Assembly: GCA_964016885.1 (NCBI GenBank)
Contig: OZ024741.1
Location: 368,838,001-368,902,000, forward strand
Direction: 5' to 3'
DNA from: Eledone cirrhosa
Lineage: Eukaryota
Length of the DNA: 64,000 nucleotides
The notes below the pieces were generated by a model that was not told where the DNA came from, ran no database searches, and saw only the letters and a program-made list of their open reading frames with translations. How positions within the stretch are numbered: the stretch's first letter is position 1; every line of letters starts with the position of its first letter. The position numbers and the translations under genes are program-made. Positions 1 through 13,800 of this stretch are shown one piece after another.

Positions 1-699
1 ATCAGGTGATTGTCACGTTTTTTGAAGTTAGTGTTACAGATAGTTAGGTTATTTGCATCACAGAATTCCAGGATTCTGGAGCCTTCCTCATTTCTAGTAT
101 CAAACCCATAGCCTCCATGGATTTCGTCGTAGCCGTCACAATGTTGTCCAACGTGACCATTTAGGTCGCCTGCGATAATTATATAGTCACTGTCGGATAT
201 TTGGCAGGTAGTTAGCATCAGTGTCTCATAGAATCTGTCTTTTATAGTGCCGGGCAGTCCGGATTGGGGAGCGTACGCAGAAATTACTGTCACCGTAGTT
301 CTATTGAGGACAAGTCGTATTTTAATTATTCTGTCGTTCACTCTATTTACGTCTATTATCTTATCTGCCCACTTTTCTGCTACCATGATTCCTACTCCAC
401 CCAGCCCATCGTCGTTTCCCACCCAGAAAAGCTTATAACATCGTTTTTTACCCTCAATGAACCTAGCAGACCCACCCCTCCACCTGGTCTCTTGAATACA
501 ACAAACATCGACCTCCTTACGTTCAAGCATTTCTACAACCTCGTTAGCGCGACCCTTTAGGGTGCCTACATTTATGGTACCAACTCTGAAGTTTTGGATT
601 GCGTTTGGGGGTTGGGGGCGGTGGGGGGCGGGGGGCGATGGGGTTATGTTAGCCGTCCGCGGTCGAAACAATGAGGAGTGCTCGCATTCTCGTCCAAAT
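1..699 (-). mobile_element. RTE-clade LINE, 5' part with AP-endonuclease domain; runs off window edge
   Basis: Uninterrupted frame [40 protein letters not shown]...[10 protein letters not shown]...[11 protein letters not shown]...[12 protein letters not shown]. Confidence 0.9.
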
Positions 700-743
700 A
701 CATATATATATACATATATATATATATACATATATATATATAC

Positions 744-776
<33 letters not shown>

Positions 777-2477
777 CATATATATATACATATATATATA
801 CATACATATATACATACATATATATACACATATATATACACATATATATACACATATATATATACATATATATACACATATATATGCACATATATATGCA
901 CATATATATGCACATATATATACACATATATATACACATATATATACACATATATATACACATATATATACATATATATATACATATATATATACATATA
1001 TATATACATATATATACATATATATACACATATATATACATATATATACACATATATATACATATATATACATATATATATACATATATATATACATATA
1101 TATACATATATATACATATATATATACATATATATACATATATATACATATATATATACATATATATATACATATATATATACATATATATATACATATA
1201 TACATATATATATACATATATATATATACATATACACATATATATATACATATACTCACAAATATATATATACATATACACACATATATACATATACATA
1301 TACACACATATATATATACACATATACACACATATATATATATACATATACACACATATATATATATACATATACACACATATATATATACATATACACA
1401 CATATATATATATATACATATACACACATATATATATATACATATACACACATATATATATATACATATACACACATATATATATATACATATACACACA
1501 TATATATATATACATATACACACATATATATATATACATATACACACATATATATATATACATATACACACATATATATATATACATATACACACATATA
1601 TATATATACATATACACACATATATATATATACATATACACACATATATATATATACATATACACACATATATATATATATACATATACACATATATATA
1701 TATATACATATACACACATATATATATATACATATACACACATATATATATATACATATACACACATATATATATATACATATACACACATATATATATA
1801 TACATATACACACATATATATATATACATATACACACATATATATATATACATATACACACATATATATATATACATATACACACATATATATATATACA
1901 TATACACACATATATATATATACATATACACACATATATATATATACATATACACACATATATATATATACATATACACACATATATATATATACATATA
2001 CACACATATATATATATATACATATACACACATATATATATATATACATATACACACATATATATATATATACATATACACACATATATATATACATATA
2101 CACACATATATATATATATACATATACACATATATATATACATATACACATATATATATACATATACACACATATATACATATACACACATATATACATA
2201 CATATACACATATATATATACATACATATACACATATATATATACATATACACATATATATATACATATACACATATATATATACATATACACATATATA
2301 TATACATATACACATATATATACATATACACATATATATATACATATACACATATATATATACATATATACATATATATATACATATATATATATACATA
2401 TACACATATATATATACATATACACATATATACATATACATATACATATATACATATATATATACACACACACATAT
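700..2477. repeat. 1.8-kb compound (TA)/(CA) microsatellite with a 24-bp higher period in its central part
   Basis: Near-strict purine/pyrimidine alternation; central unit CATATATATATATACATATACACA. Confidence 0.97.
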
Positions 2478-2572
2478 ATGATGGCTGCCCCCTCGTTATC
2501 GAGTATGGCCATTGCACGAGGAGAAAAAAAAAAAATAAATAAATAAATACAAATTAAAAAAAAAAAAAAGAA

Positions 2573-2607
<35 letters not shown>

Positions 2608-4907
2608 TCAATAACAATAATAATAATAATAATCATAACAATAATAACGACAACAACAATAATAATATACATATACATATATATATATACACACACACAC
2701 GCATAAGCATATCTACACACACACACACACACGATAGCAACTAACAGTGCTGCGATCGAATGTGGCTTTTTAGCCCAGCCAATGATCTAAAATGTCCTGC
2801 ACAGAGTCGGCAACCAAAACATTCACTGGGAATAGTCGGCTGTGGTTGGAGTTCGTGTACTTTTGCATGTCGCTTGACCCCTCCTGCTGATTTACATTCT
2901 CTACCACATGTTTGGCAAGCATGATGAGTAGCATCTCCAACGCAGCCTGGTAGTCAACCACTGGTCTTACTTTATGACTGCGAAGATGACTTTCGAGTCC
3001 AGCTTTGCTTAGGCAGAGTCTCGCACATACGCTGCATGTCAGCACCATAGGAGGACCCTCGCCGTCTGGCAGTGCAACAGCAATGCCCTTGCTCACATCC
3101 CGCTTTACTTTCTCGTATGCGATTCGAGATGCCTCAAAGGCAACTTTTCCCTCATATACAGTCTTTCTCCATTTATTACGATCAGCAGCAATATTCTCCC
3201 ATGTATCAGCAGAGATGTTAGCGTCTTTCAGAGAGGCTTTCAAGGAATCCTTATACCTCTTTTTTGGTTTATGTGGCGGTCGTTTTCCTTTAACCAACTC
3301 TCCATAAAAGAGTTGTTTTGGTATTCTAGAATCCTTCATCCTGGCAAGGTGACCCCTCCAACGGAGTCGTTGCTTAAGCACAAGAGCTTCTATACTGTCA
3401 CACATAGAGCTTTCCAAAATCTCGACATCACTGATGTCGTCCCTCCAGTGAACGCCATGGATCCGTCTGAGACACATCTGATGGAAACGCTCCAATTGCT
3501 TAAGGTGGTGTCGATATGTGACCCAGGTCTCGCAGGCATAAAGAAGACAAGAGAGTACACATGCCCTGTACACCTTTACCTTTGTCCTCCTGCATATATC
3601 TCGCCGACCCCAGAGTCGCCTTTCTAGCTTTCCGAAAGCATCACTTGCTTTCCTAATCCTAAGTGAGATTTCACTGTCAAGGTTGCTGTATCGATTGACA
3701 GTGCTTCCCAGGTAGACAAACTGATCAACCACTCCAAGTCGTTTGCCATACACATAGATGTTTGGTTCAGTACTGCTTACCAGAGGCAGGTTGGTACATG
3801 ACAACGGTTTTCTTGAGACTGACAGTCAGACCTAGGGCAGTGCAAGCGTCAGAAAATGCATTCAAAATGTGCTGCATATCACTGTGTGCGCTACAAGATC
3901 GCAATCATCTGCATTACAAGAGGTATCTTATGATTGATGTAAATACTTTTGTCTTCGCAGCAAAGCGCCTGATGTTAAATATGCTGCCTGAGGTTCGATA
4001 TCGGATGTAAACACCATGCTCGCAATTCCTGAATGCAATACAGAAAACCATTGCAAAGTATATGGCAAACAGGGTCGGTGCTGGAATATCCCCCTGTTTC
4101 ACTCCATTTTTTACTGAGATAGGCTCCGACATTAACCCAAGCCTTCATGTCGTCATGGAAAGACCTAACTAAAGCAAGGAACTTATCAGGGCAACCAAGT
4201 TTCTGGAGAACCTTCCATAATGCATCTCTGTTAACAGTATCGAAAGCTTTTGTCAGATCGACAAAAACCTGATACAGATTCAAGCCTTGTTCCATGCACT
4301 TCTCCTGGAGCTGTCTAGCTGAGAAGATCATATCAGTAGTGCCGCGTCCAGCACGAAAACCAGATTGACTTTCAGGAAGAACACAATCTGCAATGTGTGT
4401 CAGCAGACGGTTCAGAAGCACCCTACATAAAACTTTCCCTACGACAGAAAGCAATGATATACCTCTGTAGTTCCCACAATCGTTCCTGTTACCATTTCCC
4501 TTGTACAAGACCACCATTACTGCATCTCTCCAGTCCTCAGGTACGGATTCATTAGCCCATATCCTGCCAAACAAAGAGTGAAGATGTTGCAGGAGTCTCT
4601 CACCACCATATTGTAGGAGCTCAGCATGTATGCCATCCATACCTGGAGATCTTCCACTGTTCAGCTTCGAAATAGCCACTGCAACCTCCACAAGCGTCGG
4701 AGGTTCTGCGAGAGCTACTTTCACAGGACTTTCTGGAATGAGATTGAGGAAATCTTCACCGAGGACAGACGGCTGATTCAAAAGATCATCAAAGTGCTCT
4801 CGCCACCTTCGTAGAATTCCCTGTGAGTCACGAAGAAGTTCTTTGCCATCCTTGCTGCGAAGCAGTGTCACCAGAGAAGAAGATGGTCCATAAACCTCAC
4901 GCAAGAG
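2478..4907 (-). mobile_element. 5'-truncated, frameshifted RTE LINE (RT plus three C-terminal C2H2 fingers, SSR-rich 3' UTR)
   Basis: ORFs 3975-4931, 3914-4132 and 2770-3804 give NYRGISLL, QSGFR, FVDLTKAFD, GVKQG, FVYLG, RLRW.GH. Three CxxC..H..H fingers end at the TAG at 2741. Confidence 0.92.
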
Positions 4908-5110
4908 ACATACATACATACATACATACATACATACATGGTGGCTGCCAACTCGTTTTCGAGTACGGCCACTACTTTATACCCATGTAGGAGAACCCCT
5001 ACCGATGCGCTGAACAAGTGACTTTTTAGTCCAGCCTGCGACTTGAAAACTCTGGTACAAACACTACACTTGTGACAATTATTGACACATAGTGCTGGGC
5101 CCATGATACC
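4908..5110 (-). mobile_element. Short 3' end of a related RTE LINE with last C2H2 finger, terminal stem-loop and (ATGT)n tail
   Basis: CSVCTRVFKSQAGLKSH, then GGCCGTACTCGAAAACGAGTTGGCAGCCACCAT(GTAT)n, matching 2478-2511. Confidence 0.75.
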
Positions 5111-7080
5111 ATGTGACAACAAGTGCAGAGAGATCTCCAGATACAAAGCAATGCCTGTGAAGCTTTTATAGTGAGCAAAGGCACTGCACAAAGCCAATCC
5201 CACTCTCTTAACCAAGATGATATTTACCAAAAAGAAGAACACGTCAACATCATTGGATACCATGTTTTACTATAACCTTGGATTGACAATTACACTGCAA
5301 GACGAATTTTGTAAATAAAACCTGTGCAGTAGCTATCATAGGTTCTATTCCAACTTGTGTATTCGCGTGCGTGCGTGCGTGCGTGCGTGTGTGTGTGTGT
5401 TTGGGGGGCTCCTTAGCTAGTCTGATTAAGTATTGGCTTAATCAGTGATGACCCATCTAACCCTTCCTGGCTGGAAAAACAAAAGGTAAATTATGACGAT
5501 GTGTATGTGTGTGTTTATATTTACACATATCTAAAAACTGATGTGTATGCTATATGTGCCTTTGTGCTCTGTAACTTATTGGTTCAATAAACAGCAATTG
5601 ATAACTACCAGATTGAAATAAGTAATAAGATCGATATTACCAATTAAAACACTTTCATTAATTAATTGAAACAATATATTTTATTAAAAATATGCACACA
5701 AAAAGGTTATATAATCTTCTCAAATCATAACATGCAGCAAATTAAATAAAAATTCAACTTCTAAAATGGCTAATAACATGCTAAACATTAATCAACAACT
5801 TTTCAGTAAGTACATTTGTACTCAGACCAGGTTTATCTAAGAGTAAACATTTCCCTATCAAAAAAAACCAAAATGATATGAAAACAAAATAATGAATGGT
5901 ACAACAAAGAAACAAATATGAGCTATGTGTCATATAAAAAGGAGTTGATCGACAAGATCCCAGACCTCATTCACTTACTGAGTGAAGTGGAACTTGTCAA
6001 ATCAAACCAAGGACACAATGTTTCCAGTGGTCTTTCCATTGCTGATACTATCTACCAGTTGCAATTCCTGGCAGAAGGAGCAATGTGAAATAAAGTGTCT
6101 TGCTCAAGGATACAACGCATCGCCCAGCCCAGGAATTGAACTCTACCTCATGATTATGCCACACACCTTCACATGTGTCATATAATCCTACTGAAAGCAT
6201 TCAACTATAAAAGGACATGCAACTACATTTAGTTATAAGAAATTAAACAAAGCTCTAAGAATTAAATTTGATGAACTAAAATCAAAAATAAAATAAATTT
6301 CAAAGCAAATGAACTATATGAAAGGAATAAAAACCCATGATAAAGAAATCTCATGAAATGACCCTTACCAGATAGAATGGAATCTAAAAAAAATATGAAT
6401 AAAGTGATTGATATATATATATAAAATGGATTTACAACAGAGCCATTAAATAAAAAAAAAAAGGACTTGTAACTGTCAGCTTTATTAACGACAAAAGGCA
6501 CCCAGTCCACACTGTAAAGTTGTGTAGACATCATGGCAAAAAGCACCCAGCACACACTGTAAATGTGGTTGGCATTAGGAAGGGCATCCAACTGTAGAAA
6601 CCAAGCCAAAATCAGTCTTGTGTGACCGAATCACGGTCCTCCGACCTGATCACTCACAAAGGGACAGCTCGTCTTGCCCATGTTAGCATGGAAGATGAAC
6701 GTTAAACGATGATGATGATAGCAACTTACCTAAAACCACCCCTGGTTCTATAACACAAAGCTGTTTATTTTGAAATGTTTATATTCAATTAAAAACCCTT
6801 CTATCATATTAAGTTATGCTCTAAACACTGGCTTAATAATGAGAAAATTAGTTATATAAATCTCTCCAAATTCTTGATTATTTTCAAAATGATTTGAACA
6901 ATATAACGTATTTCATGAGAAATATGGTAACAAGAGTGTTAAGCCATATCTTATATAAATGTTAAGCCATATCTTATATGTTTTTTAGTTATATAAATTA
7001 TGACTGTAATAATTAAGAATTTGTAATTATCTTTCTCATGAATACTGGTCTGAATTTGTAATTCATACATTTACATACTA

Positions 7081-7500
7081 TGTAAAGTGGTAGTGCTGGT
7101 GTCCAATAAAATGCACCCAGTACACTATCAAAAGTGATAGTGCTGGTGCCAGTTCCACAATAAAATACACCCAGTACCCTCTGTAAGGTAGTAGTGCTGG
7201 TGCTACAATAAAATACACCCAGTACCCTCTGTAAAGTAGTAGTGCTGGTGCTACAATAAAATACACCCAGTACACTCTGTAAAGTAGTAGTGCTGGTGCT
7301 ACAATAAAATACACCCAGTACACTCTGTAAATCTGTAAAGTAATAGTGCTGGTGCTACAATAAAATACACCCAGTACACTTTGTAAAGTGGTAGTGCTGG
7401 TGCTACAATAAAATACACCCAGTACACTTTGTAAAGTGGTAGTGCTGGTGCTACAATAAAATACACCCAGTACACTCTGTAAAGTGGGAGTGTTGGTGCC
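7081..7500. repeat. 48-bp minisatellite (~8-9 units) expanded from a SINE body
   Basis: Unit TGTAAAGTRGTAGTGCTGGTGCTACAATAAAATACACCCAGTACACTC; continues into SINE sequence GGTTGGCATTAGGAAGGGCATCCAGCTGTAGAAA and a (GAT)n tail to ~7665. Confidence 0.9.
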
Positions 7501-7791
7501 ATGAAGAGATTTACCAGGGAGCTCTGTAATGTGGTTGGCATTAGGAAGGGCATCCAGCTGTAGAAATCATGCCTAGATGTGGTCCTCCCAACCTCATCCT
7601 GTAACAACCCATCCAACCCATGTCAGTGAGGAAAACAGATAAAAAAAAAACAATGATGATGATGACAATTCTGTTATTTTCTTCTGATTACTTTCCTGCA
7701 GAAATGGCAGAATAACTCATGTTCCAAGATATAAATTCAAGCAAAATTCACTGAATTCATAGGAAATAGATTGTATATATTAAGAACTTAC

Positions 7792-7856
7792 GTGTCAGCT
7801 AAAAAGGCCATTCTTTTCATTTTTGTGTCAACAGGAACAAGTTCTCGTTCAAAATT
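7792..7856 (-). CDS. SPTBN5: betaH-spectrin exon (last found in window)
   Basis: [21 protein letters not shown]; 65 nt, follows a 101-nt intron. Confidence 0.9.
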
Positions 7857-10800
7857 CTGAAATAAATAATGAAACAAAACAGAATAATGAAACAGAAGAA
7901 CGGCAAGCTAGAATTATTTTCAAGCTAAACATATGTAGCACATGTATAATAACCTACCATGTGTTTCCTTCTCAGGTTCTTGCTACTCTCAAGATCTTTT
8001 CCAACATCGTCATCATAGAGCGCATTGTCTTTTTCTTTAATCCATTCTTGGAGTTCATCGCATGTTAGTTTAAACATCTCAATGCTGAAAATATTATCAG
8101 AAGTTTTAAAATTACTCACATAAACAACAATAACCACCACTGAATCAGCTTTCATATTAATTCTTCATATATGGGATGATACAAGTGCAATATTTTTTAT
8201 TTATAAACATAAAATTTTTTTTTCTTGACAAAGAATTGTGCTAAATTTTTAAACATTGGTTGCAATATCTATTGCAACATCTGTCCTAACATCTGTTTTA
8301 ACATGTTTCCTCTCTGGAGCATAGATATTAAGTTGTTTAATGTTAAAGTGTTTATAATTATCAAAAAACTCCGCATATAATTTTATATAAGAACCTTTAT
8401 GTTCCAAACACCAGTTTAATAATGAAAAAGTTAGTTATAACTAAATCCCTCAAATACTTGATTTTTTTACAAATGATTTGAAAATCATGGATGTCTTTCA
8501 TTTAAAATTCAGTAACAAAAGGGTTAATTCACATAATGATTATTTGAATAGTTAAATTAGATAGAATCAATATATTCATAACAAAGTTTATTTATTAAAA
8601 AGTATATATTTTGCAATTTAATTGTAATTATATAGTTTTTAAAAATCATTTCCAATAAATATTTTTACTGCTAAAGCTTCAAAGAATAAATTACAGCAAA
8701 TGTTTATTTTTCCCTGCATAACAAATACATTAATATGGGCAGAAGTAGGAGATCATTGCGTTTTAATATAATAGGGAAATAAGATAAATTTTACCTGGAA
8801 GCTCCTTCTAAAAGTTTCTCTTTATCCAACTTCAGTCTATTCAATTTATCCCAACTGAAAAGAAATCAAAGATTTATAATCAAGAGAAAATCTCATGATC
8901 TTGAAAACGATATATTCTCAAAAATTACAATTAACTCTTAACATCCTGTCATGATTTAGCAGAAAATGTCTAAAACGATTGTGTTAATTCAAATGATCTG
9001 GTATCTTTACTAGTGGCTATATCATCATGAAAATTTACAGCATTAGTAAAGGCGATTTTTTTAAATGCGACAGTTATAGTGCTGTTTTGTACTTCACAAG
9101 AATGTCTTATTAATCTGGATTTATGTGGTAGAGGACGTTAAGAAATAAGTGAACATCACTAGGGATTATTGGGTTCTTTCATATAGATTATCAACTCAAT
9201 GTGGACACTTCTTTTTTCATCCTCCATTATTGTATCTCACACTAATATATCTGTCCAATCAAAACCTTATAGATCAAACATTTTTACCATAGCAAGAACA
9301 ACTTCAACTGCATAAATCTCACTAGTCCTACAAAAGCTACAGGTTCTTCCTTCTGCCTCTGATTAATACATACACATACATATATTACACACACACACAC
9401 ACAAAATATATAGGTGGCTAATCCCTTGACCATACTCAAACAATTCACACCCATTTTCCATTTCAAGTACAGAAAACTACTAAAAGATGACCTAATCTTC
9501 AGTCCGGGCTGTCACTTTTAATGTGGGCACTCTGAATGGTAGATTTATAGAAATTATAGAGTTACTTGAGAAAAGATGAGTAGATGTGTGATATATTCAA
9601 GAAGTGAGAGAGAGGGGAACCTTACACAGACTCCTCACAGGCAAACAGCTTAAATATAAGCTTGTCTGAATAGAAAATGATGAGGTATGTGGAGTAGGTA
9701 TTCTACTAGCTGAGAAGTTAGAGTGAATGACAGAATTATCAAGCTCAATATATAGTCATAAGCAATAGATTGACAACAATTATCTCAACTTATGCACCAC
9801 AATCAGGTCTAAGTAAAGAACAAAAGGGCTGTTTCTATAAGGAATTCTTACAGACAATCTCACTTACAGATAATAGAGACCTCATCAACCTGGCTGGCGA
9901 CTTCAATGAACGTGTTGGACAATACTAGGATGGCTACACTGGAGTATATGGTAGTTATGGTTTGGGCTCAAGAAATGAAAAGGGAGTGAAGCTCCTAGAA
10001 TTCAGTGGTGCAAATGAATTAATTATCTGCAACACTAGGAAATCAGCCAGCCATCTGATTACCTACCAATCAGCTAAACACACAAGACAAACTGACTTTT
10101 TGCTTGTTAGAAAACCAGATAAGCATAAGATCATGAATACTAAGTCTTTCCCTGGAAAAGAATAGACCACACAAAAGTTAATTATTGGTGACATCAGAAT
10201 AAGCACAAGATGGAACAAGAAATGCAGGAAAATCTGCAGGAGAAGAGTATGGAAGCTAAAGGATCTCCCTTTCAAATATAGGTTCAGAAGTCCAACATTA
10301 TGCATATAAATGAAGGAGGAATTAGATACATATAACATAGAAGACAACCAGAAGTTTCTATGAAATGACCTTGTACAGGTTACTTATGAGATTTTCGGCT
10401 GGTCATACAGCAGGAAAACTGATGGTGGAACAACACTGGATATAGATGTTAAAGCCAAGAGATAGGTGTGAAAAGGCTGGAAAAAATGGACGCAGCAAAG
10501 AAAAGTACTAGATGATAGGTATACTTAGCAATCAGAGAAACTGAAAGCAGGTGGATTGCTAAGTATTGTGACATGAGAATCAAAGATGTGAGGTGTTCTG
10601 CAACACAAAAAAGTGTGTCAACAAAAAAAATGTATCTGAAATGATACCAGTGCACTTAAGTCACTGATGCTCAAAAGAAAGAAGCCTGGAAATGCTTTTA
10701 TGAGAGGTTAACGAATATGAAGATGAGTAGGAGGAAGTGAGACAACCCCAACTGATCCAACAAAGGGAACAACTATTGAAATTATGTTATATAGTCAAAA

Positions 10801-13800
10801 TTACAATCAAGGATATGGAAAATGGTAAAGTTGTTGGTCTGTCAGAGATAGTTGCTGAGATGCTGAAATCTGGGAAAATAGAAGTCAACTTATATGATAT
10901 ACACAATGTCAATCTTGTGTAGTGGGATAACAGGCTGACAAGCAGAAAGGGTAGACTTTGTATGTAGCAGATACACTGGGATAGTTGGTAGTTAGAGCAC
11001 TAGTGAAATATACTTCTTCCAATCCCAGGAAGGATATATAGAAGTGGTTGATAGCATCTGCTACCTAGGTGATCTAATTAGCAGTGGAGGAGGTTGCTCT
11101 AAGAGCATGGAAAACGTTCAGGGAGCTGCTACCTCTGTTGATAACATAAGATTTCTCTCTATGAACAAAATCCTGTGTGCAATGTTTCATGGTAGTGAGC
11201 AATGAATGCAGAAGATATGCAAAGGTTGAAGAGAAATGAAGTGAGCATGCTTCAATGGATGTGTAATGTTAATATGCATGAACAACAAAGCATGGATGAG
11301 CTGAGAGAAAAGCTGGGTATATGAGGAATCAGATGTAGTGTGCAGGAGAGAAGACTGTGCTTGTATGGGCATGTGATGCATGGGAATGACGATTGTTGGT
11401 TGAAGAAGTACCAAAAGTGTAAGGAAGCTGCAGTAGAGGGAAACCAAGGAAGACCTGGGTGGAGTTTGTGAGAGCTGATCTCAAATTGCTGAACCTCACA
11501 GAAATGATGAAAGTCTGCAACAAGTGGAGAGATGCTATACTAGAATAGACCCGCCCAACCCATGCAAGCATAGAAAAGTGAATGTAAAACAATGATGATG
11601 GATGATAATGACTGTGTGTGTGTGAATAGACATAAATTATACAAAACACTCACACATGAACACACTGAAAACAACAACAAAATATACACTTACCGGTGCT
11701 GTATTTCCTTTTGTCTTTTACGAACAGTATCTACTTGGCTGCTCCCAGATGAAATAATTTCTTCAGCTAAATTATTGATATCTTTCAGACGTACATGATT
11801 AGCAGCGAGACTGGTTAACAATGACTGAAAACAAACATATTTTATAAACAACTCTGCAAAAAGAAATACTAAGGCCTTAATATGAATTGAAACATTGGCT
11901 ATATACCAAATTAAGATTTGCACACACTTGAGTTTGGGTGCAATGAGCTGACTAGTGATATTTAATAACAAATCTGTAGATTAAAAGAAAAGAATGTCCT
12001 GCCATCCACCTTAAATGGCACATTGTCCACTACTGGCCAGGTTGAAATTCACTGGTTTATATCATCCATCATATGGTGCATGAGTGGAGTATTGATCAGT
12101 GAGAGGAAGACAAACATCGAATTGCAGAGAATGATAAGAATAGACCCAATGATGAGTCACATATATTCTAGCCATTAGAAAAAGCAAGAATGCTTCACCT
12201 TTGTTATAGGGATGACTCAAGAAGGAAGTTCTAATGTTTTTGTATTTTTAAAGAATGCCTTTTTAATGCAGTTTATAGTACAGGATATTAAGAGCTAAAG
12301 GCTTACTAGGTTGCAGCTTCTAACCAGTTTCTTGTATATAAATTTCTTACAGTATATTTTCCCTTGGACAGAATACCAGTTTATCACAAGGTTAAGCCCA
12401 TACTAATTTTTTTTCTTCTAGCTGACTGGAATGAAGCTACGTGAAATGAAGTGCCTAACTCAAAGACACAAAATGCTTTCTGATCCAGTGATCAAACCTA
12501 TGACTTTACCATCATAAACCCAATACCCTAGCCATTGTCATGCATATGCCTACATACTATAGTCATTTCTATTCTATTCTACCACAGCAATGTAAACATA
12601 ATTGTTTCTACTTTTGGCACAAGGCCAGCAATTATCCAGTACATTACTGGTACTTTATTTTATCGACCCCATAAGGATGAAAGGCAAAGTTAACCTCGGC
12701 GGTATAACATAATATCAGTTATTACAATTACAACAAGCAAGTTCTACTTACATCATATTTTGCCTTAGCAGCAGCCATGTTATCAGACAGACTCTCTTTA
12801 CTGTTGAGCATCTCCTCCTGGTTACAAAAGAAAATGACAAATTCAAAATCCTTATATGACTTAACATATAGTTGCATTTATTATTATTATTATTATTATT
12901 ATTTTTTTTTTTTTTTTTTAATTTTAAAATTACCATCTATGCTAGTGTACAAGCTGATGCAAGTATAAGCATCTCCCCATTTTATGGCTAACAAATGGGA
13001 AAAAATCCAAATGTGTATAAACTAAGGCAGCTAATCAACACTTTAGATGGCATGAGTTTGTAAATTCCCACAAAAGGAGACTATTTTTATGAATTTATAA
13101 AATGTTTGTCTGAAATGTTTTAACCCTTTAGCATTTAAACTGGCCCAATCCGGCCAGAATTCTCTCACCTCTTTCTTTTCAAACCGGCTGTAACCGCCCA
13201 CTCATACCAATGTTAAGGTATTGTTATCAAAATAAATATCATCAAAATCTCATAAATTCAATATTATGTAAGGTAAAGCCTCACATGAAAATACAATATA
13301 GAGTAAAGTAAATGCTAATGGGTTAAAGTATAGATTTTGTTTCACAACTCCATTACATGATTTATTAGTGTTAAATCCATTTGATAAAGTTTGAACATGT
13401 TTCTCAAATTCTTGTTTAGTTCCTTTTAGCAATGCCATCTACCAAATCGAATGAAATATGTGTATGTATACAATACAAATAAGTAACATTAAATATTATA
13501 TGTATACAATATGTACAAATATATATATATATATAATTGATGCCCTCTTCCTTGTGAGGCAGTTACAGGAAAAGTACCTAGCTAAAAGTAAGCCCCTCTA
13601 CCTGGCATTTGTCAACCTGGAAAAAGCCTTTGACAGAGTGCCCCGTGCTATAATCTGGTGGGCTCTTACAAAACTAGGAGTAGATGAATGGCTTGTGAAA
13701 GCTGTATGTATAGGGGAGCAGTCAGCAAAGTTAGGGTTAACAATGACTATAGCGAGGAATTTAGCATACAGGTTGGTGTCCACCAGGGCTCTGTCCTTAG

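Noticed and set aside
562-2617. Several 450-640 aa ORFs rich in Y/I/H/T or Y/M/C/V
   Set aside because: Artefact of an alternating purine-pyrimidine microsatellite that cannot encode stops; open in nearly all frames on both strands.
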